IMG/VR virus record: IMGVR_UViG_3300030376_005405
Span: 1 to 38,945 of that record
DNA: 38,945 bases
From: a virus
Taxonomy: Duplodnaviria > Caudoviricetes
Direction: 5' to 3' (one strand)
The notes below the pieces were generated by a model. It was not told the origin of the DNA. It made no database searches and saw only the letters and a list, made by a program, of their open reading frames with translations. Below are positions 11,101-19,021 of this stretch, in pieces; the stretch's first letter is position 1, and each line of letters begins with the position of its first letter. Made by a program: the position numbers and the translations under genes.

Positions 11101-12441
11101 TTGTCATATAGAGGAGTTACATTCTATACCCCGCAGGATTTCATAATGATGACACAAAGACCATTCCAATTGTTTGATGGTTCTAGTAAAGGCGTGATAA
11201 AAGCGAAGAAGCGTTCAAACAAATTGATGAGAGATGGCAGGGAGTTAGATATAAACTTCGTTCCGCCTTATCTCTATGATGAAGACAATAAGAAGTGGAG
11301 GGTTGCTGAAATCAAAGAAGAGTTTGACGGTAAAACTCTTGTATTCAAGAATATGGAGGGCGAATCCCTAACCGATTCAGGTGTTGAAATTGGAGATGTA
11401 TTTTTGGGTCAATATGCAACAATTGGGGTTAGAACCACCGATGCAGTGATGACGCTGTTGAATGATGGTGCGACAGATTCAGCGGGATTCAATTTGAAAG
11501 AACCAAATATGCTGGCTAGCACTGAATCATCATCATCCATTGGCGGACATCCGTCTTTCAAGGATATAATGATGCATAGCAATTCTTTCATCTCAAGGAA
11601 TACTCGTGGTTTGAATATCCTTGAGGTTATTCGTAATTCATCGCAACTCGATGGCAATCAATTGATCAACATTTCATCGGGCATTTTGATTTATTCTAGT
11701 CAAGTGTTTAGACAGACTGGAAAACGCATTGGGTCAGACAGCGGTGCTAGAGATGTATCGGTCAGTCGTATGTTTGACTCTCCGAATGTAGTTACAGTAA
11801 AGGGTGACAAAATTGCCGAAAACGAAGCCGTTCTTGTTGAAGTAAAAGATGTCGAGCGAATGAAATTACAGGCAGGTGCTGGTGCTGATGAAAATGTAGT
11901 CAGGTCTTTTACTCAAGCGGTTCCCGGCTTGAAAACAAACAAGAATGCTCTCCGGCTTGCTAAGTCTTTATTGGCTAGAATCGAGAACGGTGCGCCGTTG
12001 GTTCAAATAATGGGATTACTAAATGCTACATCCGTTCAACCCGGCGATGTAGTCACGATCAACCTCCCTGTTCACGGGTTGAATGGGCTATTCGCTGTGT
12101 TTGAAACAACTCACAATTACGAAGATGGCACTAGCAATTTTGTTGTGGCGCAGTATGAAAAGGGAATTGAGGGTATCCTTTCTGACCTGCAATCAAACAT
12201 TGGCAATGTAAGCGGCAATGAAGAAGTCGCCGCCTCTTCATCCATGACCATTGCTTTGTCCAGTAGTGCGAAACTGGTTATTGTCCACAGAATTGTTGCT
12301 AGAAGCAATAACAATACAAAAATGACAATCGGACACAGGGCATCAGCCACAGACCGAAAAGGTGCAATAGGTGTCCAAGGTGGCAATAGAAGGGCATTAC
12401 CAATCGGAATGTCAAAGAGCAGGCCGTATGTGGTTAGGTAA
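5188..12441 (+). CDS. Giant virion tail protein with C-terminal baseplate-hub/tail-tip-like domain
   Basis: 2417-aa ORF with SD GAGGTG upstream. The C-terminal ~330 aa (LEVIRN..., NVVTVKGD, A.RLAKSLL, VQPGDVVTINLP..GLNGLFAVFETTHNY) match the pattern of phage late-control-D/hub proteins. Confidence 0.75.
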   Translation: MGTQADKGYMDRKRIYPAAIQPLGSVNGYPASGWFSMHITYPDTEYTDETDPGATGGFQYGQNTQSWRQGLQVIIKTCMASAGAASTPVQPTSDTTNVVVVDLAAYSVANGGGYSLGSEEAARVIASKINSTRVRQVSERGVTRMLKARYVKMSSQDEIEGMCHTAPATDRLRIQLKDLFIDGAPPDMPPTGEFTVNVGGALSGDTIDTTHSTAHSPVAGRTYTYDSWRVVRGPIREQPEYVTGSLHPGRLYSVLHEVTPMIELIGIKDKELGTTMDATTLVEQTTPYGGPRHISKLTIKAQPPQHTVVISWNHQGAAGYWAGANGGPVIQGLGQTLPVWHLVAKPLDGGNMGLPALNYDARGGAPIAHTENHGFCRFSIEGLNSAVMPSMPPPDFTIIEPAIRGMTAANPGLFIDGLQYQLNIAKMEYGTQLPSSRVADVDTNQLHNIALYEGVTILESGTPSNNQLSNGDGFDAILDVAASPSAVQSLLDSDASEDFSQTQTHSSKYSQPFFVRRKINEARVEGMMITNEEMVFEDLEVTDDSGNILTVKGGSPFGTIIRDFAVENVSIDENTGEEIIGPSTGSGRTTPNLRIQLPDPSEIPGGIFVRSGHDRIQAHSNKTWGMGGIAPPTSQEAGHHENTFMDRLEEVYGSGGIPSIVNTLEATLEQGEVTQFDTHDRMLLFHCERILHPDMTSKQGLLSSIVPGAVPSGTTRLYSAHRITDHAERGSVLPMTANGDNTINAFNVPHSRLRFGRQGHSFVTPLTHRGTPHSMRRQLHRSHGSAYTLMFEAETENKHHLFQQASPMTSDPSANFPIDSIELKGVAGYAGATGSGSADALPLVEMTMGHGRETRVDFLDTNQGHQRENADGLQIDYLIAPGQTKTNVEGPYQHTKFGNPVTDLSVSGISSAVQMQFTNFSPSGGSGIAHRNRPVTAAEAMVNGFILSDYQLSGGRPQPSTTRRQMTNPYDIRYGTNNYTVVGSEWGWITPRVATELATVPPMFVHDPDYVNMTNINISYEDWDNGIVDETDTNSGAKPDAFLCHWLAEYGHPAITGSPREHFMMFRYREAGMPRSMQYPAVRGLLLRNHSRLNLTRRVDRTHRIYDDVFYNGAISLTNLSKESLTIGSIKAGKPFERIYALQWLQSYGFNGLNAGGHGVGTLESGSAVLMGHTTVREPRGTMKLPTINSGERYSRGESIGDSINPEKGVFGRYIAKRISTTAEKHRIYMGLQPMVGFDQGRRLPVRAWGIRTASSALDMLAGDPHETVSSQNPLYGKARYDGGIHDSVALAATHAGYGWETSGLSGLERTSPIGMVISGHTVEAMEGIKSSRLSNEPITSNEDEPLGIGRAFDHVSAGLFKPISLPAGMWANEYISGTHTTLAQVPIISKGSDPIIPSNDETGTGQDSPATVQTTGFGSTYHLVGNSLHTNSNDLITNLGGGGSYPANGWGYGSNISANKILPTPLAEIADHRQVISRVEPRMGLIIRTTREEETEKNTDYLVTSTKAVSLHSDLIVGQQFPITPSYLNRTYTTTSKHTLGTLASPVSHTQPAITMSELYDLPPTFEIDGNRSKGLPPGNDTTKTTPRSGAEDIWNVRGGSDLPPWGGVYILRKTFLNRQEEGSLSTVNNYSAVNNTIKATASHPQRQYVDYIVRPFRPNKMYPFASLHRNQDGYLLGPHTVDTGVATQPSDNFYHRDKRYGIFELNMAKDEGMTEPILSASDSFSIDWPDPNDFDVVYHLIPSSALLEFFKSDANRIDSDNKIVSTIEPRYSQSTHPGGFEEVSQSETRYSYSDTGIAGDHANQKPQGEAVRKQYIDGNRNTNRVEIKMDYLSGGNRFFVVRDASMLPNDGDLVYPQYSGSIRYTAKNGNILSIDTNATTSPLLASASLPAGHEWPSKVVYYTKKVSGQNTANSSNRYPLTTGARTDISTDMNKKYPLLPSFVDNSIVTSAYITESWYRSDETGFTRTGLSYRGVTFYTPQDFIMMTQRPFQLFDGSSKGVIKAKKRSNKLMRDGRELDINFVPPYLYDEDNKKWRVAEIKEEFDGKTLVFKNMEGESLTDSGVEIGDVFLGQYATIGVRTTDAVMTLLNDGATDSAGFNLKEPNMLASTESSSSIGGHPSFKDIMMHSNSFISRNTRGLNILEVIRNSSQLDGNQLINISSGILIYSSQVFRQTGKRIGSDSGARDVSVSRMFDSPNVVTVKGDKIAENEAVLVEVKDVERMKLQAGAGADENVVRSFTQAVPGLKTNKNALRLAKSLLARIENGAPLVQIMGLLNATSVQPGDVVTINLPVHGLNGLFAVFETTHNYEDGTSNFVVAQYEKGIEGILSDLQSNIGNVSGNEEVAASSSMTIALSSSAKLVIVHRIVARSNNNTKMTIGHRASATDRKGAIGVQGGNRRALPIGMSKSRPYVVR

Positions 12442-12455
12442 CGGGGGACTATGAT

Positions 12456-12797
12456 ATGCCAACATTAGACGGAATAAAAGCGGCTCTTACAGACCATTTG
12501 CAGGGATTAATCAAGAATATCACATTAGGTGCTACTGGGGGAGATGCATCCTCTAGGGATGGCGGTGCAGGAAACCCCCAACTAAGCGAAACCCCTTCTA
12601 TTCAAAGGATTGATGATAGGACCGTGTCATTTTCAGCGGTTTTTGATACAACTAAAACATCAGCAAACGCAATCAAAGAGGTGGTAATGCATGGCACTAC
12701 CGCACTGGATAATGCCGCATACCGTGCTTCATTTTTGCCTATTACAAAAGATACAACAAACGAGATACGGGTTGACATATTAGTCGAGGTGAGATAA
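12456..12797 (+). CDS. Baseplate/tail-fibre attachment protein (tail-collar N-terminal/DUF3751-like)
   Basis: 113 aa with pattern ITLGATG...VSFSAVF...NAIKEVVM...RASFLPITKD..EIRVDILVEV; lies directly after the hub gene. Confidence 0.6.
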   Translation: MPTLDGIKAALTDHLQGLIKNITLGATGGDASSRDGGAGNPQLSETPSIQRIDDRTVSFSAVFDTTKTSANAIKEVVMHGTTALDNAAYRASFLPITKDTTNEIRVDILVEVR

Positions 12798-13978
12798 TGC
12801 CAAATACAGACATTTCAGAAGGACATAACAAAACTGCAACATCAGCATCATACCAATTTGAAGGTTTGAGAGATACCGATGTGCTAACAACTGCAACATT
12901 AACCAACATTACCGAGAATCTTCTAGGCAATGGGGTTATACCAGTTGGTTTGAATAATTACAATGATTCTGATCGTAACAATCCTATGTCAGGAAACTGT
13001 CATGTAGCACCAGTCGGGTCAGTTGGTTCAACTAACCAAATTACAGTAGCCACAGGGACTGTTTGCGTTGATGGTATGTATTATACCGTTGGCGGGGGCA
13101 GTGCTATTGACATCACCGCCGCTAGCAATTACCATGTCGATTATCATCCGGGCGGGACAGCGGGCGGTATTGGCGGAAGTGTAGCCCCTATCCCAAACGG
13201 AACGGCATCGGCAGATGAAGCGATTGTATTGGTTTATGTTGACCCTCGTGGACCTCAAAACATAGGACTCGTATATGGGGGCTATGTTGATACAGCATCA
13301 AATCAATTCCCTTCAACGCCATTTGCTCATCTTGTTAGACAAACAACTGTATTGGCTTGGCTAAGGATAGGTAAAGGTGCTTCTAATCCAGTAATTCATC
13401 AAGTTGAAGATAAGAGGACATTCATTAGGCCGGGTCCTGTGGCATTGTCATCCTTGATCGATAAGGATACGGCTACTGACCACGAGAACCCTCGTAACGA
13501 TATGATTGCGGGGTTGAATGCGGCAAATCTTCCTATTACAGATATGGGGTTGTTATATGCTAGGGACCCAACTGCTTTCAACCTAGCACCTGAAGGAACA
13601 GGCGAAACTCATTTGTTTTATCAGACTGATGCTACTCCTTTGAAGTCTTATCAGTTGACTCCCGTTCATAGACAATCCGTAATGATGACGCAATGGACAG
13701 GGCCGTTTCAGATACCGTATAACACGCCCCCTCCAACCGGAATATCACACCAACCTTTGATAGCCCCCGAATCAGGCTTTACAATTCTCACATGCACCTT
13801 TATCTCACAGGCTGACCCCGATACTGTCCCGCCAGTAGTAATGCATTGCGACGCACACCCTCATATCGTAGGCTTCGCACCAACTCATGTTGATATTTTG
13901 GCGGACCCCGGTATGCCTGTATTTCAAGGAATGCCGTATGACCATGTAGTTGTCGAATATACTCATTCAGGTCAGTGA
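12797..13978 (+). CDS. Putative tail fibre/baseplate structural protein
   Basis: 393 aa, TAATG-coupled. Contains GNGVI...ITVATGTVCVDG and IEDKR-like (VEDKRTFI) motifs typical of baseplate/fibre proximal domains. Confidence 0.6.
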   Translation: MPNTDISEGHNKTATSASYQFEGLRDTDVLTTATLTNITENLLGNGVIPVGLNNYNDSDRNNPMSGNCHVAPVGSVGSTNQITVATGTVCVDGMYYTVGGGSAIDITAASNYHVDYHPGGTAGGIGGSVAPIPNGTASADEAIVLVYVDPRGPQNIGLVYGGYVDTASNQFPSTPFAHLVRQTTVLAWLRIGKGASNPVIHQVEDKRTFIRPGPVALSSLIDKDTATDHENPRNDMIAGLNAANLPITDMGLLYARDPTAFNLAPEGTGETHLFYQTDATPLKSYQLTPVHRQSVMMTQWTGPFQIPYNTPPPTGISHQPLIAPESGFTILTCTFISQADPDTVPPVVMHCDAHPHIVGFAPTHVDILADPGMPVFQGMPYDHVVVEYTHSGQ

Positions 13979-14187
13979 TATGGATGGGCGAAAGGAAATA
14001 CACCGAGAAGGTGTCACAGCAATGTCCAAAGTGTGAGTCCGTAGTTTTAGCAATACGAATAAATGGGTTCTATGCGGGTAGCCGACAAAGGATACATCTA
14101 TGGGAGTGTCCACTTTGCGCTAGTATATGGCGGAGAGTAAAGCCACAGTTGAAGCCCGTGCTGTTAAAGCGGGATTTAGCATCTTAA
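13975..14187 (+). CDS. Small zinc-ribbon protein
   Basis: CPKC...WECPLC; GTGA overlap with the upstream stop. The start could be ATG 13984. Confidence 0.65.
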   Translation: MIWMGERKYTEKVSQQCPKCESVVLAIRINGFYAGSRQRIHLWECPLCASIWRRVKPQLKPVLLKRDLAS

Positions 14188-14591
14188 AGAACCTAGATAA
14201 GAAGCGATATATCAGTTACCCAACCTGTTCATCCGGGCATTGCATCGCAAGAGTCGGTCAGGAGGGTATGGTTTGTGATGGTTGTAAAACACCTCAACAA
14301 TCAAACGACAGGTCCGACATTCCCCCTCCTTATCGCAGGGCTACAAACACCCTAACTACCAAATCCGATGAAAAGTCAGACGAAAAAGGCCGATTCAAAG
14401 GATACTCAAAAAACAACATTTCGGACAGACCTGTTCGTCAAGCCAAAAACAAGACATGGACTGTGAGCCGCAAAAACAAGCGTGGTAAAACCGCTCGGCG
14501 ATACAAACGAAACAAGAGTCGTGGTAATGTCAGACCCGCTATGAGAAGGCAATTAGGGGCTGGTGGAAGTCGAGCATCAACAAGTCGGTGA
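14127..14591 (+). CDS. Basic (K/R-rich) protein with a Cys cluster; possible DNA-binding core protein
   Basis: CSSGHC...CDGC followed by a strongly Arg/Lys-rich C-terminus; overlaps the next gene by GTGA. Confidence 0.55.
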   Translation: MAESKATVEARAVKAGFSILKNLDKKRYISYPTCSSGHCIARVGQEGMVCDGCKTPQQSNDRSDIPPPYRRATNTLTTKSDEKSDEKGRFKGYSKNNISDRPVRQAKNKTWTVSRKNKRGKTARRYKRNKSRGNVRPAMRRQLGAGGSRASTSR

Positions 14592-15949
14592 GGGCGATGG
14601 ATAGGCGATCTAATAAGGAGGTAATGAGAGGGTGGATGCTCTTGGAGGCCGCCTTAATGAAATCTCATGATCACCGCCTGAATGTTGCTGATTTATTCTC
14701 CGCTGTTGGTGGGGCAGTTGGACCTGATGGAAACCCTGTTGTCCACGCTGGGTGGTCTAGTGCCGCCCGTGATAGAGGCCATAATGTGATTGGGTATGAC
14801 TGGGACCAACACAAAGGAAAACCCATTGGAATCCTCCCTGATAAAAGGGTGAATATCCTCAATCTAACCGCCGACCAAATGATTGATGACTTCGGCGGAC
14901 CAATCGATTTGTTGTTTGCTAGTGGGCCGTGCGAAGGATGGTCTATGCAACAGATTGGTAATACATGGAAAACACCTGAACAGTGGAAGGTCGGTGGCCG
15001 TAATCTGAAGCGAGAATTGAATGCTCTAAGAGGGACTGATGAAGAGTATCCTGAAGACCTAGCGGCGGGCTGGGAACCAAAGAATCAGGCCGCTATTAAC
15101 AGTCAAAGAACCATGCAAAGGACATTTGACTTGGTCGAGGGGTTGAGAGAGTATAACCCCGATATGAAAGCGTTTATTGAGAATCCAGTATCTGTATTAA
15201 GATACCACCCAACCTCGTTTGGTGATTGGGACATGGCTAACATTCAACACGCCTCATATCAAGACCCTGCGTCATCAGAATTGTTTGGTATATCGGACTT
15301 CTCTCCTATGTTGCCTGAAAGACAATTTGTTGGACAAGGTGGAATACCTGAATTGAAACCAACTGATTTGTTTGGTCATTTTCCAAAGGATTGGACTCCA
15401 AGACCTAGATTACAGTCATCTAAGAATCCGTTAAATGACATCTTGTATGGTAGTAATGTATTGTATTCCGATATGCCGGGCAGTGGCGAATCACGAAACC
15501 TAACCGCACCTGAATTGAGGCAATTGCTATCACAGGGGGGTAGCGTGGATTTCAAAGAGCGTTTGAGTCACGCCCCTGAATTAGCGGAGTCCCCTGATTA
15601 TCCACAATTGACAGATGGCAAGTATTGGAGGTCACAGCCTAGAGGTAAATCTCAAGGACAGTGGGAGGACCCTAAATCGATCAAGACTGGCCGCTATGGA
15701 AACAAATACTACGCCGCCGCACCTGCGGGTGCTAGGGCTGGAATTAACGAGTTAGGACCGATGTCATTCATCAATAGAGCGGGCAGGAAGGTAACAGCAC
15801 CTCCATACTTTACACGGTCCCTGATACCGTATGGTGAGGGCCTTGATGCAATCCTCGCAACCGAGAAAGAACACGGGCTGGATATATCGCCAGCAGGTCA
15901 GGCCGTAGTCAGTCCTCGTGAAATCATCGAAAACTTCATGCGCCGCTGA
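14588..15949 (+). CDS. Divergent DNA (cytosine-5) methyltransferase
   Basis: Motif I-like VADLFSAVGG, acidic strand IGYDWD, motif IV DLLFASGPCEGWS (catalytic PC), motif VI FIENP, and the later KPTDLFG motif of small viral C5-MTases. Confidence 0.7.
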   Translation: MRAMDRRSNKEVMRGWMLLEAALMKSHDHRLNVADLFSAVGGAVGPDGNPVVHAGWSSAARDRGHNVIGYDWDQHKGKPIGILPDKRVNILNLTADQMIDDFGGPIDLLFASGPCEGWSMQQIGNTWKTPEQWKVGGRNLKRELNALRGTDEEYPEDLAAGWEPKNQAAINSQRTMQRTFDLVEGLREYNPDMKAFIENPVSVLRYHPTSFGDWDMANIQHASYQDPASSELFGISDFSPMLPERQFVGQGGIPELKPTDLFGHFPKDWTPRPRLQSSKNPLNDILYGSNVLYSDMPGSGESRNLTAPELRQLLSQGGSVDFKERLSHAPELAESPDYPQLTDGKYWRSQPRGKSQGQWEDPKSIKTGRYGNKYYAAAPAGARAGINELGPMSFINRAGRKVTAPPYFTRSLIPYGEGLDAILATEKEHGLDISPAGQAVVSPREIIENFMRR

Positions 15950-15970
15950 CCTATCAGCGTAACGATTGAG

Positions 15971-16156
15971 ATGTCAAGTCTGTTTTTGTTTCTAGGATTT
16001 TTTGTTGTTTTGTTGTTATTTGGATTGCTGATAGACGCATATGCCGTCGATTTAGATGGTGTTGAAATCTTTGACAGCGACGAAGATTTTCAGGCAATGT
16101 TCTCTAACGGTCTTCGGGATTCTTGTCTGTCAGAAAGCCAAAGTCGTCAGAAGTAA
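15971..16156 (+). CDS. Small single-pass membrane protein
   Basis: N-terminal hydrophobic helix LFLFLGFFVVLLLFGLLI followed by an acidic tail; last gene of the + strand block. Confidence 0.5.
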   Translation: MSSLFLFLGFFVVLLLFGLLIDAYAVDLDGVEIFDSDEDFQAMFSNGLRDSCLSESQSRQK

Positions 16157-16805
16157 CACGGACCTTCTTATCCGTTCTTTCATCTCTAATTAAGAGCGAA
16201 CCGTCGTTACATTCCATATCCCACAAAATGCGTGTGATCAGGTTTGCTTCATTCAGGAGGTTCTTCATAACACCCGCTTTGTTCTCTTTTCGCCACATGG
16301 AAACTAATGTCAATGCTGATGTTATCAAAGATGGTAATGGTATCACAAACTTTCTGATGTCATTCATATGTGCTAATGCCACCAGTGGTATTCTTCTAGG
16401 ATATGACTCATAATGAGTTGCTGTCATCTCTTGGACCCATTCAAGTAAATCACAATATCGAAGGTCGCCTCGGAAGTCAACCTCAATTTTACTTCGTATC
16501 AAATCAAAGCCTAGCGACTTCATGTTATAGCCCGCAATTATTGATTGTGGTTCTAACTCCTCATACCACTTTGTAAATGCATCAAGGGTGCGTAATTCAA
16601 TTTTTTTCCTGCTGATCGAAAGAGAAAATATCTCATCAGTAAACAAAAGAAATCCTTCAGGGCCAAATACCGCAATTGCACTTAGGCTAATGTCGCTTGG
16701 CTTCTCCCAGCCCTTTGGTAAATCGCAAGGGTCGTCTTCTGAAAAGACCCTTATTCCATACAGTCGTCTTTCTTTTAACCAGTCGTCTATATTCTTTCTA
16801 AACAT
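16104..16805 (-). CDS. DnaQ/RNase H-like (DEDD, YprB/RNase_H_2-type) exonuclease homolog, probably inactive
   Basis: IIAGYNMKSLGFDLI (ExoII-like), YCDLLEWV and L..LA.MN are retained; the ExoI DxE and ExoIII YxxxD positions appear replaced (GIRV; NLLNEA). Confidence 0.55.
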   Translation of the reverse strand: MFRKNIDDWLKERRLYGIRVFSEDDPCDLPKGWEKPSDISLSAIAVFGPEGFLLFTDEIFSLSISRKKIELRTLDAFTKWYEELEPQSIIAGYNMKSLGFDLIRSKIEVDFRGDLRYCDLLEWVQEMTATHYESYPRRIPLVALAHMNDIRKFVIPLPSLITSALTLVSMWRKENKAGVMKNLLNEANLITRILWDMECNDGSLLIRDERTDKKVRVTSDDFGFLTDKNPEDR

Positions 16806-16806
16806 G

Positions 16807-18255
16807 TCACCAACTCAAGTGTATGAATGCTTTGCGGCCATCCATCAACCGTTCAGCCTGACTATTGGCAATCAACTTGTCAAGCCTTCTTTCAGCGGTT
16901 CTAGTGCTGACTCCTGCTTCGGAGGCATACCTCTTCTCAAGGTCCTTCTTAGCAACCACTTCTTTGCCGGACTTCTTGTGTGCAAACTTGCCACAGGCGT
17001 TGTATGATTTTTTCCATCCGTGCATCTCATTCTCTCTTCGCTTCTTTGCCTTGACATCCTGCTTTTGCTCTAACCAAATAATCAGGTTGTGCAGGTTGTC
17101 ATAGATGATTTCAGTTGCCATCATGATATGGTCAGCGGTAATCACTGATGTCTTCATAGTAGCGGCAATGATGTTAGCGAATATGATGGTATAATTCTCG
17201 ACATTCGGTATGAATGACATAGCCGTTTCCCTGATGATGTCATTGTTGATTCCCTTGATCAACGAGTAATAATCATCAACAGCATTCAACAAAGCGGCGT
17301 GGTAAGATGGACCTATCGAAAATATGTCATAGGAATATGCTATTGCTTTGTCCTCCTTCTCTCCTTCAGACAACGCATCCCATTCCTCCTCCGTAAGGCC
17401 CGCCGCCTTCAACAACCTGCCCTTAACTTCATTCGATATGTCTATGATGAAATCCGCTAAGTCGGAATACGACCACAATTTGTCAGGCACTGGAACATAT
17501 ACACCACCCATACGGTGTTCGCTAGTAGTCTGTCGCTGTTCAACGCCAACATCATTTTGAAATAGGAATACACGCTGAAAGAACCCTTTTTCCAACACAT
17601 GATTCATAATGTCCTTTGGAGGGTATGTGGTCATCCACAGGGACACGCCTGATGGTGTTCTGACCGAACCACCAACAAGGTGCTTTACCAGCACATTCGT
17701 TTCACTACCAATAGGGGCCATTGCCTGTTGGAGGTATAGAATCTTATCACTGAAGTATGCTTTCTGATCGTTTAGCAATACACTGGCTTCATCAAAAAGA
17801 AGCGTCTTATACCCATTCAACAAGCCGGGGACTGTAACATTCTCCTCACCTATTGGTTTACCATCGTCATCATACACAGCCTGTTGTTGAACGGTTCCAA
17901 TCATCTTTGCATCAGAACCGCCACTGAATGATTCAGTTTCGATACCGCATTCTTTCAAGAGTTTTGCAGTAAACTCGTATGCAATCGATTTACCAGTCCT
18001 TGACTGTTGAATCCAATATACATGCACCCTGCAATCAACATGAGAGCCGTGTATTGGTATTCTCATGTATGGTGCTAGCATTTGTCCAGCACAGAAGAAG
18101 TATGATAGCATACCGGCATATTCGTTGAAGAATGATACAGTATTGAAACGGCCAATGTAGTTACGAATGTATTTACTCCCATCAAAGTCTGATTTGATTA
18201 GGGTGTAATCATCCCATTTTCTTCCTCCTGCATCCGTAGTTGGTCTAAGTAGCAT
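16807..18255 (-). CDS. mcm: MCM-family AAA+ replicative helicase lacking the N-terminal domain
   Basis: VHVYWIQQSRTGKS (Walker A variant), S...KMIGTV, PGLL, LLFDEAS (Walker B), LQQAM, GFFQRVF (Arg finger), ITADHI..A and a C-terminal winged helix. Confidence 0.75.
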   Translation of the reverse strand: MLLRPTTDAGGRKWDDYTLIKSDFDGSKYIRNYIGRFNTVSFFNEYAGMLSYFFCAGQMLAPYMRIPIHGSHVDCRVHVYWIQQSRTGKSIAYEFTAKLLKECGIETESFSGGSDAKMIGTVQQQAVYDDDGKPIGEENVTVPGLLNGYKTLLFDEASVLLNDQKAYFSDKILYLQQAMAPIGSETNVLVKHLVGGSVRTPSGVSLWMTTYPPKDIMNHVLEKGFFQRVFLFQNDVGVEQRQTTSEHRMGGVYVPVPDKLWSYSDLADFIIDISNEVKGRLLKAAGLTEEEWDALSEGEKEDKAIAYSYDIFSIGPSYHAALLNAVDDYYSLIKGINNDIIRETAMSFIPNVENYTIIFANIIAATMKTSVITADHIMMATEIIYDNLHNLIIWLEQKQDVKAKKRRENEMHGWKKSYNACGKFAHKKSGKEVVAKKDLEKRYASEAGVSTRTAERRLDKLIANSQAERLMDGRKAFIHLSW

Positions 18256-18293
18256 GTTTTCACTTCCGGGGATTTAAGTGGATGTGTGTCAAG

Positions 18294-18308
18294 TATTTCA
18301 ACACTCAC
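18294..18308 (-). promoter_or_regulatory. Putative promoter (GTGAGTG-TTGAAATA), variant of the recurrent motif
   Basis: Overlaps the xpf stop, upstream of mcm; partial match to the GTGAGCC-TTGAAA motif. Confidence 0.45.
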
Positions 18309-19021
18309 GCCCTTGTCATCTTGACTTTTTCATTAGGAACGGCATCTTCACTATTCAATACAGTCAGAATCTTTTGCGCTCTAACTTTGCCGATGCCTTC
18401 CGATTTCATTAACTCTTTTGCATTCAATCCAGCGACTTCAGCAACCGAACCATGTTCCTCGATCAAACGCTCGGCGATAGCATGGCTACAACCAGCCGCT
18501 CTCAATACATCCATACGCATGTCTTCAGAATTGGTTTTTCTCATCACCCTATATGTCGATGATGAGCCGATAGTGTCATGCTTCTCAAATCGTTTACAGA
18601 TGAATCTAGCCGCTGATGAGCGGTCAGGGAATGTAACTATGGTTATATCGAAGTCTGTTGAGAATCTAGCCAATGAACCAATGAAGCCACCCCACGCTCT
18701 AGCAAAGGGAATCTTTCGACCACCCTTCTTTGCACTGGCGACATACTTGTCAACGGTTCCCCATACAAGCAATATAGCATGATTGTAATTGTCATCCATG
18801 TTTTGTAATTGGTGTTCTAAATGTCCACTGTAAAGGCTTTGCATGTAATCCTCCATAGATTTGGATTCAATGCCGACACTAGCAAAAGCATAGTCCGTGA
18901 TCAGGTTCTGTCGTGTCTGATACTTCAGCCCCTGCTTGTCGCAATACTTCTTTACAAGAGCCTCAAGACCGGACCGTTCACGATTGTCAATGAATAAGAC
19001 TTTTTCAGGCATCCTCGACAA
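18305..19021 (-). CDS. xpf: XPF/ERCC4 structure-specific endonuclease with C-terminal HhH2 domain
   Basis: LFIDNRE, TDY...GIESKSMEDYMQSL..GHL..QL (ERKxxxD variant) and HhH motifs (AERLIEEHGSV; EGIGKVRAQKI). Confidence 0.9.
   Translation of the reverse strand: MSRMPEKVLFIDNRERSGLEALVKKYCDKQGLKYQTRQNLITDYAFASVGIESKSMEDYMQSLYSGHLEHQLQNMDDNYNHAILLVWGTVDKYVASAKKGGRKIPFARAWGGFIGSLARFSTDFDITIVTFPDRSSAARFICKRFEKHDTIGSSSTYRVMRKTNSEDMRMDVLRAAGCSHAIAERLIEEHGSVAEVAGLNAKELMKSEGIGKVRAQKILTVLNSEDAVPNEKVKMTRA

Noticed and set aside
234-14003. Short antisense and alternative-frame ORFs inside the tail genes
   Set aside because: Shadow ORFs with no motifs or initiation signals.
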